A stretch of DNA of 64,000 nucleotides from Parcubacteria group bacterium Gr01-1014_8 (GTDB taxonomy: Bacteria > Patescibacteriota > Minisyncoccia > Phycocordibacterales > UBA2100). This document shows positions 1-10,797 of the stretch, one piece after another. The notes under the pieces are model-generated. The model had not been told where the DNA came from, searched no databases, and saw nothing but the letters and a program-made list of their open reading frames with translations. The DNA lies in contig VMGC01000001.1 in assembly GCA_007376385.1 (NCBI GenBank), positions 96,001-160,000 of the forward strand. Reading direction: 5' to 3'. The stretch's first letter is position 1, and every line of letters begins with the position of its first letter. The position numbers were made by a program, and so were the translations under genes.

Positions 1-369
1 CCGTTCCTGCAAGAAGCATAAGGGAAATGAAAGAAACGCCTGCCTTGCCGCGTCCAATCCTTCGTATGGTCTGAAGATATCCCCTTTGGGCTACTCCAGA
101 ACGTGTTTTTTTGTACAAAATATGCCCTTTACGGTCTGTTAACCCGTCTCGTGCGAAAGATGTAGGCCTCTGTCTGAATCTCCTATGAAGGCCTGCACGA
201 CAGGCCGGAGGATGATTGCCTAAATCTTCAATAACGATTGCGGTACAAAGCCGTTTTTTTGGGGTAGCTGGCCAGAAATGCGGGATTCTTTGGCTCAAAA
301 TCTCACTTTTTTGAGATTCTCGCCTGACTGGAAAATCAGAATCGCTACCGCCTCTATAACTGTAGCCGG

Positions 370-2400
370 ATGGAGTGGGGAGTCAACAACCCTTATATTT
401 CACAAGGGGATAACTATTTTGTCAAATTAAGCTGTCGATCATGCTATAGTGCGCCAGTGAAGCACTTGCATGGCTTAAATGAAAGACAAATGGAGGCAGC
501 CCTCCATACAGAAGGGCCTCTCCTCATCGTCGCGGGGGCGGGGGCTGGCAAGACAAAAACCATTACACACCGCATTGCACACCTCATGTCAAAGGGGGTA
601 TCAGGAGCAAGCATCCTCGCTGTCACATTCACTAACAAGGCTGCCGGGGAGATGAGGGGGCGCATCCGAAAACTCCTTAGCAATAGTGTCCACGAGATGC
701 CATACGTAGCTACCTTCCATTCGCTGGGGGTAAGGCTCCTCCGAGAGTTTGCAAACAAGGCTGGAATATCACGGCAATTCGTCATTTGGGATAGGGACGA
801 CAGCACACGGGCGCTAAAAAAAGTCCTAAAGGATAAGAGTCTGGATGAAAGATACAATCCAAGAGCAATCTTGAGCGTGATCTCGCGGGAGAAGGGCGAA
901 GGAAGGGTCGCCGAAACATATGGCGAAAGCACGCGGACTCCGTTTGAAAAGGCCGTTGCGGAAGCTTGGACACAGTACGAAAAGGATGCCGCAACGGAAC
1001 ATGCGCTCGATTTCGATGACCTTCTCCTACGTACGCTCTTGCTGCTGCAGAAAGATATCGATGTCTTATCCGAACTGCAACAGCGATGGTCATATATCAC
1101 TATTGACGAATACCAGGATACAAACCGCGTGCAATATGAGTTGGCACGCCTCCTTGGGGGAGCGCGGATGAATGTCTGTGCGGTCGGCGATGTCGACCAG
1201 AATATCTACAGCTGGAGAGGGGCTGATATCGCACATCTGCTTTCGTTTGAAACAACATACCCGCACACAAAGACAATTCTCCTCGAAAAAAACTACCGCT
1301 CTACGCAAACCATTCTCACGGCAGCAAACGCAGTCATAGCAAAAAATACGCGCCGCTATGCGAAGAACTTGTACACCGACAACCCGACGGGGGAGGCCAT
1401 CACCCTCTATGGCGCGCCAGATGAACGAATGGAAGCGCAGTTCGTTGTTAGGAGTGCGAGGGAACTCATGTCAAGCGGCGTGGATGCCTCCGAAATTGCG
1501 GTGCTATATCGGGAAAATTTTCAATCTCGATCTCTGGAAGAAGTGTGTATCGAGCTTGGGATCCCGTATCGCGTGCTCGGAGTGCGCTTCTTTGAACGCA
1601 CTGAAGTGAAAGATTTGCTTTCGTATCTGCGTGCTGCACTAAATCCAGCAAGTCGGATGGATATTTCACGCATCATAGCCTCGCCGCCTCGCGGCATCGG
1701 CAAGCAGACATTAGAAAAGCTATTTTCCGGAAATGAGACGCTGCTGCAGGCCAGCGCTCGCGCAAAAATATTGGTTTTTCGCACACTACTCTCGAAGATA
1801 CGGGAAAAAATCGAAACAGCAAGCGCTTCCAAGGCCGTGCACTTTGCCTTCATCGAGAGCGGACTCGAAAAACATTTTAAGGAAGGGGACGAAGAAGACA
1901 GAGAGCGGTTCAACAACGCTCGGGAACTCGTCTCACTCGCAACAAAATATGATGCGCTCCCAGCGCCCCTTGGCATCGAACATTTGCTTGAGGACGCTGC
2001 GCTTATGAGCGAACAGGATTCTCTTGATCCAGCTCTTTCCGGGGGCAAAACTAAACAGAGCGCGATATCACTCATGACCGTTCATGCTTCAAAAGGGTTA
2101 GAATTCGACGCAGTATTCATAACTGGCCTCGAACAAGGTCTTTTCCCATCGATGCACGAATCAGACGACAGGGACCCGGAAGAGGAGCGGCGTTTATTTT
2201 ATGTTGCGCTCACTCGGGCACGAAAACACCTTTTCCTCTCGTACGCGGCAAGCAGATTAAAATATGGCTCTCGCGAATATACGATGCCTTCAGAGTTTCT
2301 CGAAGATATTGATACCCGGCTTTTTGCTCCAGCACCAAGCCCATTTGTGCATCGAAAACGCGGGCTTCTCGACACCTGGAGTGAAGACGCTATTACATGA
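370..2400 (+). CDS. ATP-dependent DNA helicase, UvrD/PcrA (SF1) family
   Basis: All SF1 motifs readable: GAGAGKTKT (Walker A), TFTNKAAGEM, DEYQDTN, VGDVDQNIYSWRGA, NYRST, TVHASKGLEFDAVFI, VALTRARKHLFLSY. Confidence 0.9.
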   Translation: MEWGVNNPYISQGDNYFVKLSCRSCYSAPVKHLHGLNERQMEAALHTEGPLLIVAGAGAGKTKTITHRIAHLMSKGVSGASILAVTFTNKAAGEMRGRIRKLLSNSVHEMPYVATFHSLGVRLLREFANKAGISRQFVIWDRDDSTRALKKVLKDKSLDERYNPRAILSVISREKGEGRVAETYGESTRTPFEKAVAEAWTQYEKDAATEHALDFDDLLLRTLLLLQKDIDVLSELQQRWSYITIDEYQDTNRVQYELARLLGGARMNVCAVGDVDQNIYSWRGADIAHLLSFETTYPHTKTILLEKNYRSTQTILTAANAVIAKNTRRYAKNLYTDNPTGEAITLYGAPDERMEAQFVVRSARELMSSGVDASEIAVLYRENFQSRSLEEVCIELGIPYRVLGVRFFERTEVKDLLSYLRAALNPASRMDISRIIASPPRGIGKQTLEKLFSGNETLLQASARAKILVFRTLLSKIREKIETASASKAVHFAFIESGLEKHFKEGDEEDRERFNNARELVSLATKYDALPAPLGIEHLLEDAALMSEQDSLDPALSGGKTKQSAISLMTVHASKGLEFDAVFITGLEQGLFPSMHESDDRDPEEERRLFYVALTRARKHLFLSYAASRLKYGSREYTMPSEFLEDIDTRLFAPAPSPFVHRKRGLLDTWSEDAIT

Positions 2401-3200
2401 TACGAAACATCAAGAGAAAAGGAGCGCGGCTGGGACAACATTTTCTCAAATCGTCCTCCGTTGCGGCAGCCCTCGCCGACAGCGCACACATAGCGAACAA
2501 TGATACGGTTTTAGAAATAGGACCTGGCACAGGTGCCTTAACAGGAGAATTATTGCGGCGCGGCGCGCGTATCGTCGCAGTTGAAAAGGATGAGGCATTG
2601 GCTCACATACTAGGGACAACATTCAAAAATTCCCTCGCGAATGGCGCTCTCACCATTGTTGTCGATGATATCCGCAATGTCACACCAGAATCTCTACAAC
2701 TTTCGGAGGGACAATACATACTTGCTGCAAATATCCCGTACTACATCACCGGAGAAATTATCCGGCAATTTCTGTCAGCACACTCACAGCCAAAGACAAT
2801 GGCGCTCCTTATACAAAAAGAGGTCGCTGAGCGGATCGCGAAAAGTAAAAAGGAGAGCATTCTTTCTCTATCTGTAAAAGTGTATGGAATTCCGCACCTT
2901 GCTAAAGCCGTCGGGCGCGGCAATTTTTCCCCGCCTCCGTCGGTCGATTCTGCTATCCTCGCTATCACTGATATTTCACGAGCAAATTTTAAACACATGT
3001 CCGAAGAACAATTTTTCCGTACGGTACGTGCCGGCTTCGCCTCCAAGAGAAAAGTGCTCCGAGCAAACCTTGCCAAAATCTCGTCCGCCCCACGCGTCGA
3101 ACATGCATTTTCCGTCTGCAACCTTCCATTCAATGTTCGTGCGGAAGACGTGCCACTTCAATCATGGCTCGAACTTGCAAAAGCGATTGAACACGACTGA
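2397..3200 (+). CDS. rsmA: 16S rRNA (adenine1518/1519-N6)-dimethyltransferase RsmA/KsgA
   Basis: GQHFLKS, LEIGPGTGALT SAM motif, NIPYYITGEI. 4-bp ATGA overlap with upstream helicase stop. Confidence 0.9.
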   Translation: MIRNIKRKGARLGQHFLKSSSVAAALADSAHIANNDTVLEIGPGTGALTGELLRRGARIVAVEKDEALAHILGTTFKNSLANGALTIVVDDIRNVTPESLQLSEGQYILAANIPYYITGEIIRQFLSAHSQPKTMALLIQKEVAERIAKSKKESILSLSVKVYGIPHLAKAVGRGNFSPPPSVDSAILAITDISRANFKHMSEEQFFRTVRAGFASKRKVLRANLAKISSAPRVEHAFSVCNLPFNVRAEDVPLQSWLELAKAIEHD

Positions 3201-4145
3201 TTACCGTCCCGGCGTGGGAGACGCTTTATCTATCCAGTCTGACGCAGTGTCGGTGTCTCTTGTCGGCAAGCTTCTTGCCATTGAGTGCCCGTCAGGTACA
3301 ACAGGAACCGACGGACTGAACGCATTCGTGTTCGTGCCCCACGACGCTGCATCTGCGGGCGATGCAGAAATTGAACTGCGAATTCGTACCACATCTCCTC
3401 CATTCGTGAGTCCATTTCCGATGGAGCTACCTAGTATTACGACAACAGTGTCCGAAGGAATATTCCATTTATTCTTTGTATTTTCATTTGCGACAATGAG
3501 CATGTATTTTCCGGGCGCAAGCGTTGTGTTACTTGGCAGAGTATCGGAACCTCCTGCATTTTGGATGATCCAGCCTGAAAGATTTACCGTATTCCCAGTG
3601 CCGTTGTACAACTCCACCCATTCATTATCAGGATCGTCTCCATGTGCCCAGTCGACATCGTAGTAAATTTCATTGATCACAAGCTTCGGTGTCTCCGGAG
3701 GCGGCACAGGACTTGGCGATGGAGAGGGAGATGGCGAAGGTGACGGACTCGGGCCTGGGCTTGGACTTGGTGATGGATTTGGCGGCGGCCTGTATGCTGG
3801 CGCAGCCGGACCGCTCGAGCCCATCATCATTATGGAAATAGCAGGCTGCACATAAATGGGACTGACGGACCACAAGCAGTCATATGGAATACCCGTTAAC
3901 CCTAATAGCCACTGTCCTACATTGCGCGGCGGTCCGAACTGGTACGTTCTTGTCGAGCGCGTCCACACATAATCTCCGGGGACTGGCGGTGAGAGCCTTG
4001 TAAAAATTGTTTCGTTGTAGCAGACGTGATAGACCGTGATGCGCCCGCCGAACGGAAATGCAAGCGCGGGGGCGCTGAACAGCGCCCAGAAAAGCAGAGA
4101 CATCAATATGAACAAGGAAAGCTTCGACGCTAAAGCCATATGCAT
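3201..4145 (-). CDS. Secreted protein with PSPSPS low-complexity linker and C-terminal lamin-tail-domain (LTD)-like fold
   Basis: N-terminal signal/TM (LSLFILMSLLFWALFSAPALA), (PS)n repeat, VINEIYYD...EWVELYNGTGNTVNLSGWII LTD-like signature. Confidence 0.6.
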   Translation of the reverse strand: MHMALASKLSLFILMSLLFWALFSAPALAFPFGGRITVYHVCYNETIFTRLSPPVPGDYVWTRSTRTYQFGPPRNVGQWLLGLTGIPYDCLWSVSPIYVQPAISIMMMGSSGPAAPAYRPPPNPSPSPSPGPSPSPSPSPSPSPSPVPPPETPKLVINEIYYDVDWAHGDDPDNEWVELYNGTGNTVNLSGWIIQNAGGSDTLPSNTTLAPGKYMLIVANENTKNKWNIPSDTVVVILGSSIGNGLTNGGDVVRIRSSISASPADAASWGTNTNAFSPSVPVVPDGHSMARSLPTRDTDTASDWIDKASPTPGR

Positions 4146-4283
4146 AGTCTAGCATCCACAAAATTACTCGATGCTCTACGCCGTGAGATAGGTGTAGATA
4201 TCGCTCTAAGCGAGTTTAACCGCGTCACAACAAAAAACTGTATATAACAAAACCTCACCTATATCTCATGGGGTATAATAGTT

Positions 4284-5180
4284 GTGCATATGCATTGGAT
4301 GGTCGCGCATATATATGTGACCGCACTCGTCGTTGTCGGACTTCTCCTCATCGCAGGTACCGCCCTCGTCACATCACGAACGCCTGTCGGCTCATCCCAA
4401 TCAGAAACAACGTGGGGAGGTGCAGGAGGCATCGCATTTTTGAATGCAATCGGGGGAAGAGCTGGTTCTTCACAAGGCCGCATAAAAACACAGCAACTGC
4501 TGGAACAGCAAGCGCAAGATCATACGCCAGTGAGCATCATACCCACAGATGGATCTGAAATATCACAGGGATATGCCGACATCGAATGGCAGTCGCTCCT
4601 CACACAACTGGTAAGACCGAAATCGACAACAGATGAAGTTGCGACAGAACCGGACGGGACTCCGAGCCTCTATTCTTTCATCCCAAGCGGTCTCATGAGT
4701 ACGACCGGTTCTGCGAAACAAAGAACGCCAGCGCAAGATGAGCTTTTCGAGTACGGAAACAGCGTCGGTTCATATATCCAAGGCTTTGATGATCTGCATG
4801 GGAACATGATACAAGTTTTGAAGGACGCATATGAAGATAGAAAAGATCCAGAAAAAATTGCACGCGCGATGCAAATAGGGGCAGATTATGTTCAATTGGG
4901 AAAAGAACTCGAAGAAATGGAAGTTGGACCTAAAGTGGTGCGATCAGCTCATCTTGCTCTTGCAAAAGCGTACCAGGTCGCGGGTTCGAATATGATCGCG
5001 AAGATGAAAACATCGAGCGACGAAGATTTCATTGCGGCAGTGAACACGTACAATCAGAGCGTCGAGGACTTTACAAAACGCTACATCGCACTCGTCACCA
5101 TATTTGAAGTGGCAGAGGTTCAATTCAGCCAAGACGATCCAGGAAAAGTATTCATGTTTCAGTCCGCACCGTCCCTCTAG
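4284..5180 (+). CDS. Hypothetical membrane-anchored protein
   Basis: Long ORF, N-terminal TM helix (VTALVVVGLLLIAGTALV), tataat just upstream. Confidence 0.5.
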   Translation: MHMHWMVAHIYVTALVVVGLLLIAGTALVTSRTPVGSSQSETTWGGAGGIAFLNAIGGRAGSSQGRIKTQQLLEQQAQDHTPVSIIPTDGSEISQGYADIEWQSLLTQLVRPKSTTDEVATEPDGTPSLYSFIPSGLMSTTGSAKQRTPAQDELFEYGNSVGSYIQGFDDLHGNMIQVLKDAYEDRKDPEKIARAMQIGADYVQLGKELEEMEVGPKVVRSAHLALAKAYQVAGSNMIAKMKTSSDEDFIAAVNTYNQSVEDFTKRYIALVTIFEVAEVQFSQDDPGKVFMFQSAPSL

Positions 5181-5215
5181 CCAAAGACACGCGAAAGCGC
5201 TGGTATAATTCAAGC

Positions 5216-6055
5216 GTGGAAGGCGGAAGACCATCCTCCATTGTTATTACTGCCGGGCTTGCGGCAGCGATTTTGCTTTCCGCCATCGGCTGGCAGCTCG
5301 GCGGATACTGGGCCAAACATCACGTCGTAAAAAAACCAATTCAATTTGATAGAGCGCCAGATGAGACATCGAAAGCGCCCGTCATCGGCTCGATAAGCAA
5401 CGACTGGCGCGATGAGTTAGCGAGACTCGGACTAGTAAATACCACGACGGACGCAGCCGTTGCGACCTCCTCGGATCCACTCGCGACATTTGGCGATACC
5501 ATTGCTCAAGAATTCCTTACCACCTACCTGTCACTCAAACAATACGGCAGCTATTCCCCGGAAAAAGCTGCGCAACTAGGCAAAGCGCTCGGAAGTAATG
5601 CTCATGTTCCGACAAATTTCACATTACACGCAAGCAGCGAGCTGACCCTTGCTTCCGATACGTCAAAGGAGCGTATCTTGAAATATCGAAGCGAAATGCG
5701 AGATGCCTTACGCATGTTGGTAAATGGCTCGCCGCCAGAATTCGAAACATTGGCGCTCTATATTGAGACAAAAAACCCCGAGCGTCTCATTGAACTCTCG
5801 GAAGCGGCCGAACGCTATCGAGATGCGGAGAAAAATGCCCTCGCCGTGGTCGTGCCAAGCGATGCTGCTGAGCTTCACATCCGGGTCGTTAATGCGCTCG
5901 GTGCATATGGAAGCGCAGTGGATCAACTTGTCCGCAGTATGGCGAGCCCCGTCACCACTTTAGCGGTTTTGAGAACGTATAATGAGGCTGAGCGCGAAAT
6001 GCTCTACGCATTTGACGCGCTTGCTAGCTATTATGTACGAAAGAGTAGTCAGTAA
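5216..6055 (+). CDS. Hypothetical membrane-anchored protein
   Basis: Long ORF with N-terminal TM (ITAGLAAAILLSAIGW), tataat -10 near 5203. Confidence 0.5.
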   Translation: MEGGRPSSIVITAGLAAAILLSAIGWQLGGYWAKHHVVKKPIQFDRAPDETSKAPVIGSISNDWRDELARLGLVNTTTDAAVATSSDPLATFGDTIAQEFLTTYLSLKQYGSYSPEKAAQLGKALGSNAHVPTNFTLHASSELTLASDTSKERILKYRSEMRDALRMLVNGSPPEFETLALYIETKNPERLIELSEAAERYRDAEKNALAVVVPSDAAELHIRVVNALGAYGSAVDQLVRSMASPVTTLAVLRTYNEAEREMLYAFDALASYYVRKSSQ

Positions 6056-7697
6056 TTTTTACGGTGCCGCATTGCTGCTTCTTCTTGTAGCAATGATCTT
6101 TGGTTTTGACCTTCCGAATGCCCATGCCGCAGAATGCCGAGACGGAAAACTCTATGAAAAACTCGCCGACGGCACTGAAGTTCAAGCGGGCACGTGTGCA
6201 GACGGCAAAGATGTACCCGCATCCCAAAATGCACTTTTAAGAGACGGCATCTTTGGATGCAATGCGAGCAAATACGCAAACATCGGCACACTTTCTGCAG
6301 TTGGCGGCATCTATGTACCGGTCAACGACGCCGCGGTGACCATCAACACTGGTTATTTGGTTTACAAAGAGTGTATTCTCGACGGGGTTGTTTCAAAAAT
6401 AAGCGAAGCGGCCCGCACCGAGCTTGCAGGCACCATTATTCGCCAAATCAATACCGGCCGTGCGGGGCAAGCTCTCTTTGTAAAAAATATCGCGAAAGAA
6501 TTGGACGCACGCGCTGACAGGGTTGCCCTCACGGCTGTAGACAACGCGAATATCGGGGTGATGTGCCCGGCATTTCGCGATGATGTTCGTCGTATTCAGA
6601 TCCGCCGCTACTTGTCCGCCCGCAACTCTCCTAACTCCAGCTTTGCCTGCTCGGTTCCCGTTTCGGCAACAGACCATATAACTGCAATTCGCGCTGGGAT
6701 ATACGCGCCCGACGTACTCGATGCGCTCATCACGCCGGGAAATGACCCGTACACGGCTGATATGATCTTCAACGAATATATGAACGCTTCGATAGCAGAA
6801 GACGCCTATAACCAATATGCGCAGTGGGGATGGGGAAACGGCTTCTACCCGGTGACAACCGAAACAGATAATCCATTCGATGAAGAAACAATGACACCGG
6901 GCCATCTCGTCGCTCAAGGCGCCGCGCAGGTCATCACCGGCGGTTTTCGTTGTCTTGAAGAGGCAGACGAGCCGAGCAAAATATGCGGACCGATGTTCAA
7001 CGCGCTCGCTCAAGCAGCTCTTGACCGCGGTCTCACAGGATTAACACAGGCGCAGAACGGCTTGCCCTCGTATGTAAGCCGCATGGTGTCTGAAGCATCC
7101 GCTGCCGTTCGTCAAGAAGCGGTGAACGCCGCGCTCAATATACTCCTCACATCGAGGCAGATAGAAGCGGCGTACAAACGCGCAAAAGAGGGAATAGCGG
7201 AAGTTTTGACGGGGGCTATAAACAGACTTCGGAGTGCAGAACGAGCTTGTTGGGAGCTCATCATTCCTAAGGTAGAAGAATACGCGAGCACGCAAGGCGC
7301 CCAAATACAGGTCGCAACGACCACCGAATTCTCCCAGGCAGTCATCAACGACCAAATATTGCCCATCGCAGAGTTGGTCGCAGCAGACTTGCAAAAAGCA
7401 GAAAGGGCACTGCAGCAAATTGATAGCCTGATCGCGAGCGTATCGAATAGCGCATCTGCAACAAACCAGAGGGCCGCCCTTGAGCGGCTTGACACCATGG
7501 TCGCAAACGGCCAGCTTCACACTTCGAGTGATGCGACGAACGCTAATAAGCAATTAGAGGATGTGACTGCAAGCGCGAACACTCTCGTTGAAGAGACATT
7601 ACGGGCGTGGGGCGACTCAACTGACCCAAATGTCGGCTGGTGCAACGTGAACAACCCCGCCGTCATCGAGAAGTGGTTCAACAAATGGAAGAAATAA
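6030..7697 (+). CDS. Large secreted hypothetical protein (T4SS-locus associated)
   Basis: Signal peptide AALLLLLVAMIFGFDLPNAHA, Cys-containing N-terminal part, 555 aa. Start chosen at internal Met 6030 to give the signal peptide. Confidence 0.5.
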   Translation: MMYERVVSNFYGAALLLLLVAMIFGFDLPNAHAAECRDGKLYEKLADGTEVQAGTCADGKDVPASQNALLRDGIFGCNASKYANIGTLSAVGGIYVPVNDAAVTINTGYLVYKECILDGVVSKISEAARTELAGTIIRQINTGRAGQALFVKNIAKELDARADRVALTAVDNANIGVMCPAFRDDVRRIQIRRYLSARNSPNSSFACSVPVSATDHITAIRAGIYAPDVLDALITPGNDPYTADMIFNEYMNASIAEDAYNQYAQWGWGNGFYPVTTETDNPFDEETMTPGHLVAQGAAQVITGGFRCLEEADEPSKICGPMFNALAQAALDRGLTGLTQAQNGLPSYVSRMVSEASAAVRQEAVNAALNILLTSRQIEAAYKRAKEGIAEVLTGAINRLRSAERACWELIIPKVEEYASTQGAQIQVATTTEFSQAVINDQILPIAELVAADLQKAERALQQIDSLIASVSNSASATNQRAALERLDTMVANGQLHTSSDATNANKQLEDVTASANTLVEETLRAWGDSTDPNVGWCNVNNPAVIEKWFNKWKK

Positions 7698-7707
7698 CAA
7701 TGAGCAT

Positions 7708-10104
7708 ATGAAGGCTTTCTTGAGAACAGCGAAATATAAAGGGAAGACCATGACGGTAATACTCTTATTATTGTTCTTGTTCCCAATTATTCTCGGAATA
7801 TTTACCCCCGCGACCGCAGCGGCGGCTGAGGAATGTCCCCCAGGCCAAATTTGGGATCCTGGTGAAGATTATGGCGCAGATGTTAGTAGACCAGGTAGGG
7901 CTCCCGGCTGTGTACCAAACACGGCCGAAAACAAAACCGTAATCGCAACGCAGGAAGCACGTCCGGACACAACGGTCGGCCCTGGCGAATGTACTCGCTG
8001 GTGGCATCCCCTCACGCAGCCCATCAACTGCGCGTTCATACCGCTCGCAAGCTGGTCTGGGGCACTCTTCATGTCATTTGGAGCCGCGCTACTGCAGGCG
8101 TCCGGGGCTGTTTTCAATACTCTGGTGAAGTGGATAGTTGTCGAGTTCGGCAGCACCATACAAACGCTCGGCCTCTTGGACGGAATACACCAGGCATGGG
8201 AGATCTTGCGTGACATTTCGAACATCGTCATCATCGGCATGTTCGTCTTTATTGCCATATCGATGATACTGGGGAACGAGACATTCGGAGCAAAAAAATT
8301 AGTCGCGCACGTCCTCATCATCGCCGTCCTGATAAATTTTAGCTTGCTTTTCTCGAAGCTCATTATTGATGCTGGAAACTTTACTGCATACCAATTTTAC
8401 AAAGCCATGGGGGGTACCGCAGACGATGAGTTCGACATTGCGGGCAGATTTTACAGCGTCGTCGGTATAACAAGCGCATGGGACAGCTTTGCCGTTGCCG
8501 AACGCTTCGCGCGCGGCTCGCAAAAAGCAGGTACAAAGCCAGGAGAAAGTAGCACGACGGGTAACAATTTTGCCGCCGGCGTAAGCGGTTTCTTGTACGG
8601 CATATTCGGCGGGATGCTGCTCATCGCATCCGCTATCGTTTTATTCTACGGCTCATATCTCATCATCGTCCGAGCCGTCCTCCTCGTTTTTCTTATGCTT
8701 GTTTCCGCACTCGCATTCGCATCATGGCTCGTACCAAAAATGAACAGTGGCAGCATCAGTTTCAGTGCATGGTGGAAATCGCTCATCAATGCTTCAGTGT
8801 TCGCGCCGCTCCTTATGATCATGCTCTACGTATCACTCCTCATCATGAACCCTGCAGCAGGAAAACGAGAAGGGAGCTTAGGCGCTATCGCAGGTAACCC
8901 GGAAAAAGTGGGGCAAAACTGGAAGACGCTTATCATTTTTATCTTCGGCATCGGCATGCTCTACGTGTCGTTCAAGGTCGCGAACACATTCTCGAGACAG
9001 ATAGCCGGGTTTAGCGTAGCGAGCGGCGCCGTCGGCAAGGCATTTGGAGCAACGGCGGGTACAGCCGGACTTTTTGGCCGCTACTCGCTGGGACTCCTAG
9101 GCTCACAGCTCGCTGCGAGAACTGGGCTTGGCACAATGGACGGCCTCAAAGGCAGGATAGCGCGTGCTGGATTAAGTTCTCTTGCTACAGGCAGTTTTGA
9201 CGTGCGTCGCATCCCTGGCGTTGCCTCCGGCGCAAAATACGGCGTAGATTTTGGTAAAGCAAAAGGAGAAGGCGGATACCTCAAGGCTGTTTCCGATAGA
9301 GAAAAGAGAATAATCGCAACGGAAGCAGGATATCGCCAGATGGTGACCACAAAAACAAACTCCGACTTTAAGGAAGAGCGTTTGCTTGAAGAACAGAAGC
9401 AGGCTGCCGCGAAGCGAATTAGAGAACAAGAAGCTCGTGCGGCAGAGCTTTCTAAACACCCTGCAGTCGCAGGCAAGCCTGCTGAAAAAGCTCAGCCAAC
9501 TCCAGCACCAGCCACGCAAGGCGCTTACGGTAGAACGCAGACCGCGCGCGATATCGCGGACGCTCAGCAACGGCAAGCGCAAACTGCAGCAGCTGGAAAA
9601 GAAGAAGGAAAGATCTCGACAGACGCAGAAACGGCTCGAATTGCTCGCATCGAACGGGGTCTACGAGCAGAAGAGAAACAAAGCTATCTTACCGAAGGCC
9701 AAGTAAGGTCTGCCGCACAAGCTACTCTTGCCGCAGGCGTTGCACCGACCGATGAAAACAGGGCAGTCGTTGAGGAATTACGAAAGGTGCGAGAATCCAT
9801 CACTGCCGAAAAAGAATTGCTAGCGCGTCTGGAAAAAACACCCACATCAAGAGATATCCGTGGACAGAAGTTCGATGACGCTATGAGGAATAGCTTCTAC
9901 TTCTTGGACTTCAGCAAACACCGCACGGCTGCTCGCGCAGAAAAGATAGCAGAGACGGCACGCAAGACAGACTATCAGAAGCTTGCTGAACGATTGGCAA
10001 AAGATATGGAGGATGTCGCCAAAAAAGAAGGAAAAAAGACTGCCGACGTAGTAAAAGAGGCAGTCGAAAAAGCGGCAGGGCCTGCTAAGGAGGCCGGACA
10101 CTAA
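7708..10104 (+). CDS. Polytopic membrane protein, VirB6/TrbL-like T4SS channel component with long charged/coiled C-terminal tail
   Basis: Signal peptide, Cys-rich periplasmic N-terminal segment, at least 6 TM helices (res ~120-420), then ~350 aa A/E/K/R-rich hydrophilic tail. Sits immediately upstream of PrgI-like and VirB4. Confidence 0.5.
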   Translation: MKAFLRTAKYKGKTMTVILLLLFLFPIILGIFTPATAAAAEECPPGQIWDPGEDYGADVSRPGRAPGCVPNTAENKTVIATQEARPDTTVGPGECTRWWHPLTQPINCAFIPLASWSGALFMSFGAALLQASGAVFNTLVKWIVVEFGSTIQTLGLLDGIHQAWEILRDISNIVIIGMFVFIAISMILGNETFGAKKLVAHVLIIAVLINFSLLFSKLIIDAGNFTAYQFYKAMGGTADDEFDIAGRFYSVVGITSAWDSFAVAERFARGSQKAGTKPGESSTTGNNFAAGVSGFLYGIFGGMLLIASAIVLFYGSYLIIVRAVLLVFLMLVSALAFASWLVPKMNSGSISFSAWWKSLINASVFAPLLMIMLYVSLLIMNPAAGKREGSLGAIAGNPEKVGQNWKTLIIFIFGIGMLYVSFKVANTFSRQIAGFSVASGAVGKAFGATAGTAGLFGRYSLGLLGSQLAARTGLGTMDGLKGRIARAGLSSLATGSFDVRRIPGVASGAKYGVDFGKAKGEGGYLKAVSDREKRIIATEAGYRQMVTTKTNSDFKEERLLEEQKQAAAKRIREQEARAAELSKHPAVAGKPAEKAQPTPAPATQGAYGRTQTARDIADAQQRQAQTAAAGKEEGKISTDAETARIARIERGLRAEEKQSYLTEGQVRSAAQATLAAGVAPTDENRAVVEELRKVRESITAEKELLARLEKTPTSRDIRGQKFDDAMRNSFYFLDFSKHRTAARAEKIAETARKTDYQKLAERLAKDMEDVAKKEGKKTADVVKEAVEKAAGPAKEAGH

Positions 10105-10108
10105 ATCT

Positions 10109-10657
10109 ATGGCTGACGATATAAAAAAGGTACTTGAGGAGCGTTTCAATTCACTGCCAGATGCCGTGCAAAAGGCCATTCTTTCCGGCCATATCCAGGA
10201 AAAATTTCAGGAGTTGGCAAGAAAGCACCAGCTGCATGTCGACGCGTGGCAACAAGTCGAGAACAAAATAATGCTGACGGTGCTCGGCGTCATACAGCCT
10301 GAAGAGCTGGTCGACAAAATAGTGAACGAAACCAATGTTGGTGCGGAGAAGGCGGCTACCATCGTGAGCGACATCGCTCTTTCAGTCTTTAAGCCAATTC
10401 GGGAAGAACTTGAGAGAGAGTTGGGACATCCTCAAGCGAGAGAAGAAGTCATATCGGACATAGAGAAAGTCCGACAAGAAGTGTTATCACAGGCGCCTGC
10501 ACCCCAAGTAGCGGCTCCTGTACCTGCAACACCCCCAAATCCGCTGCCGACTGAAAAAGTTGCCCGCGCTCCCGCTTCAGGCGCATACAAACCAGGAGAG
10601 ACGAGCGTCGAGAGAGCAGATGTTCACGACGACCCTTACAGGGAGCCGCCTCTCTGA
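10109..10657 (+). CDS. Hypothetical soluble protein with Pro-rich C-terminus
   Basis: ORF starts 5 bp after the preceding stop. No recognised domain. Confidence 0.4.
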   Translation: MADDIKKVLEERFNSLPDAVQKAILSGHIQEKFQELARKHQLHVDAWQQVENKIMLTVLGVIQPEELVDKIVNETNVGAEKAATIVSDIALSVFKPIREELERELGHPQAREEVISDIEKVRQEVLSQAPAPQVAAPVPATPPNPLPTEKVARAPASGAYKPGETSVERADVHDDPYREPPL

Positions 10658-10797
10658 AGAGTTTGCTCACAATACGTACAGAAGATGCGTAACGTACTAA
10701 ACTCATTGTAGTACAATGGTGAGACTGCTAGGGAAATCGAGCATACGCTGCTTGTTGGTCAGCAGTATCTTCTGTGTTGCTCCCTAGGCTTTGATAC

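Noticed and set aside
444-2075. Several long minus-strand ORFs (444..1100, 782..1093, 1521..2075) inside the helicase gene
   Set aside because: They lie entirely antisense to a gene with complete SF1 helicase motifs, so they are shadow ORFs. Similar antisense ORFs inside dnaA, PBP1A, polA, pilB, VirB4 and the 36274-37599 Gly-rich gene were also dropped.
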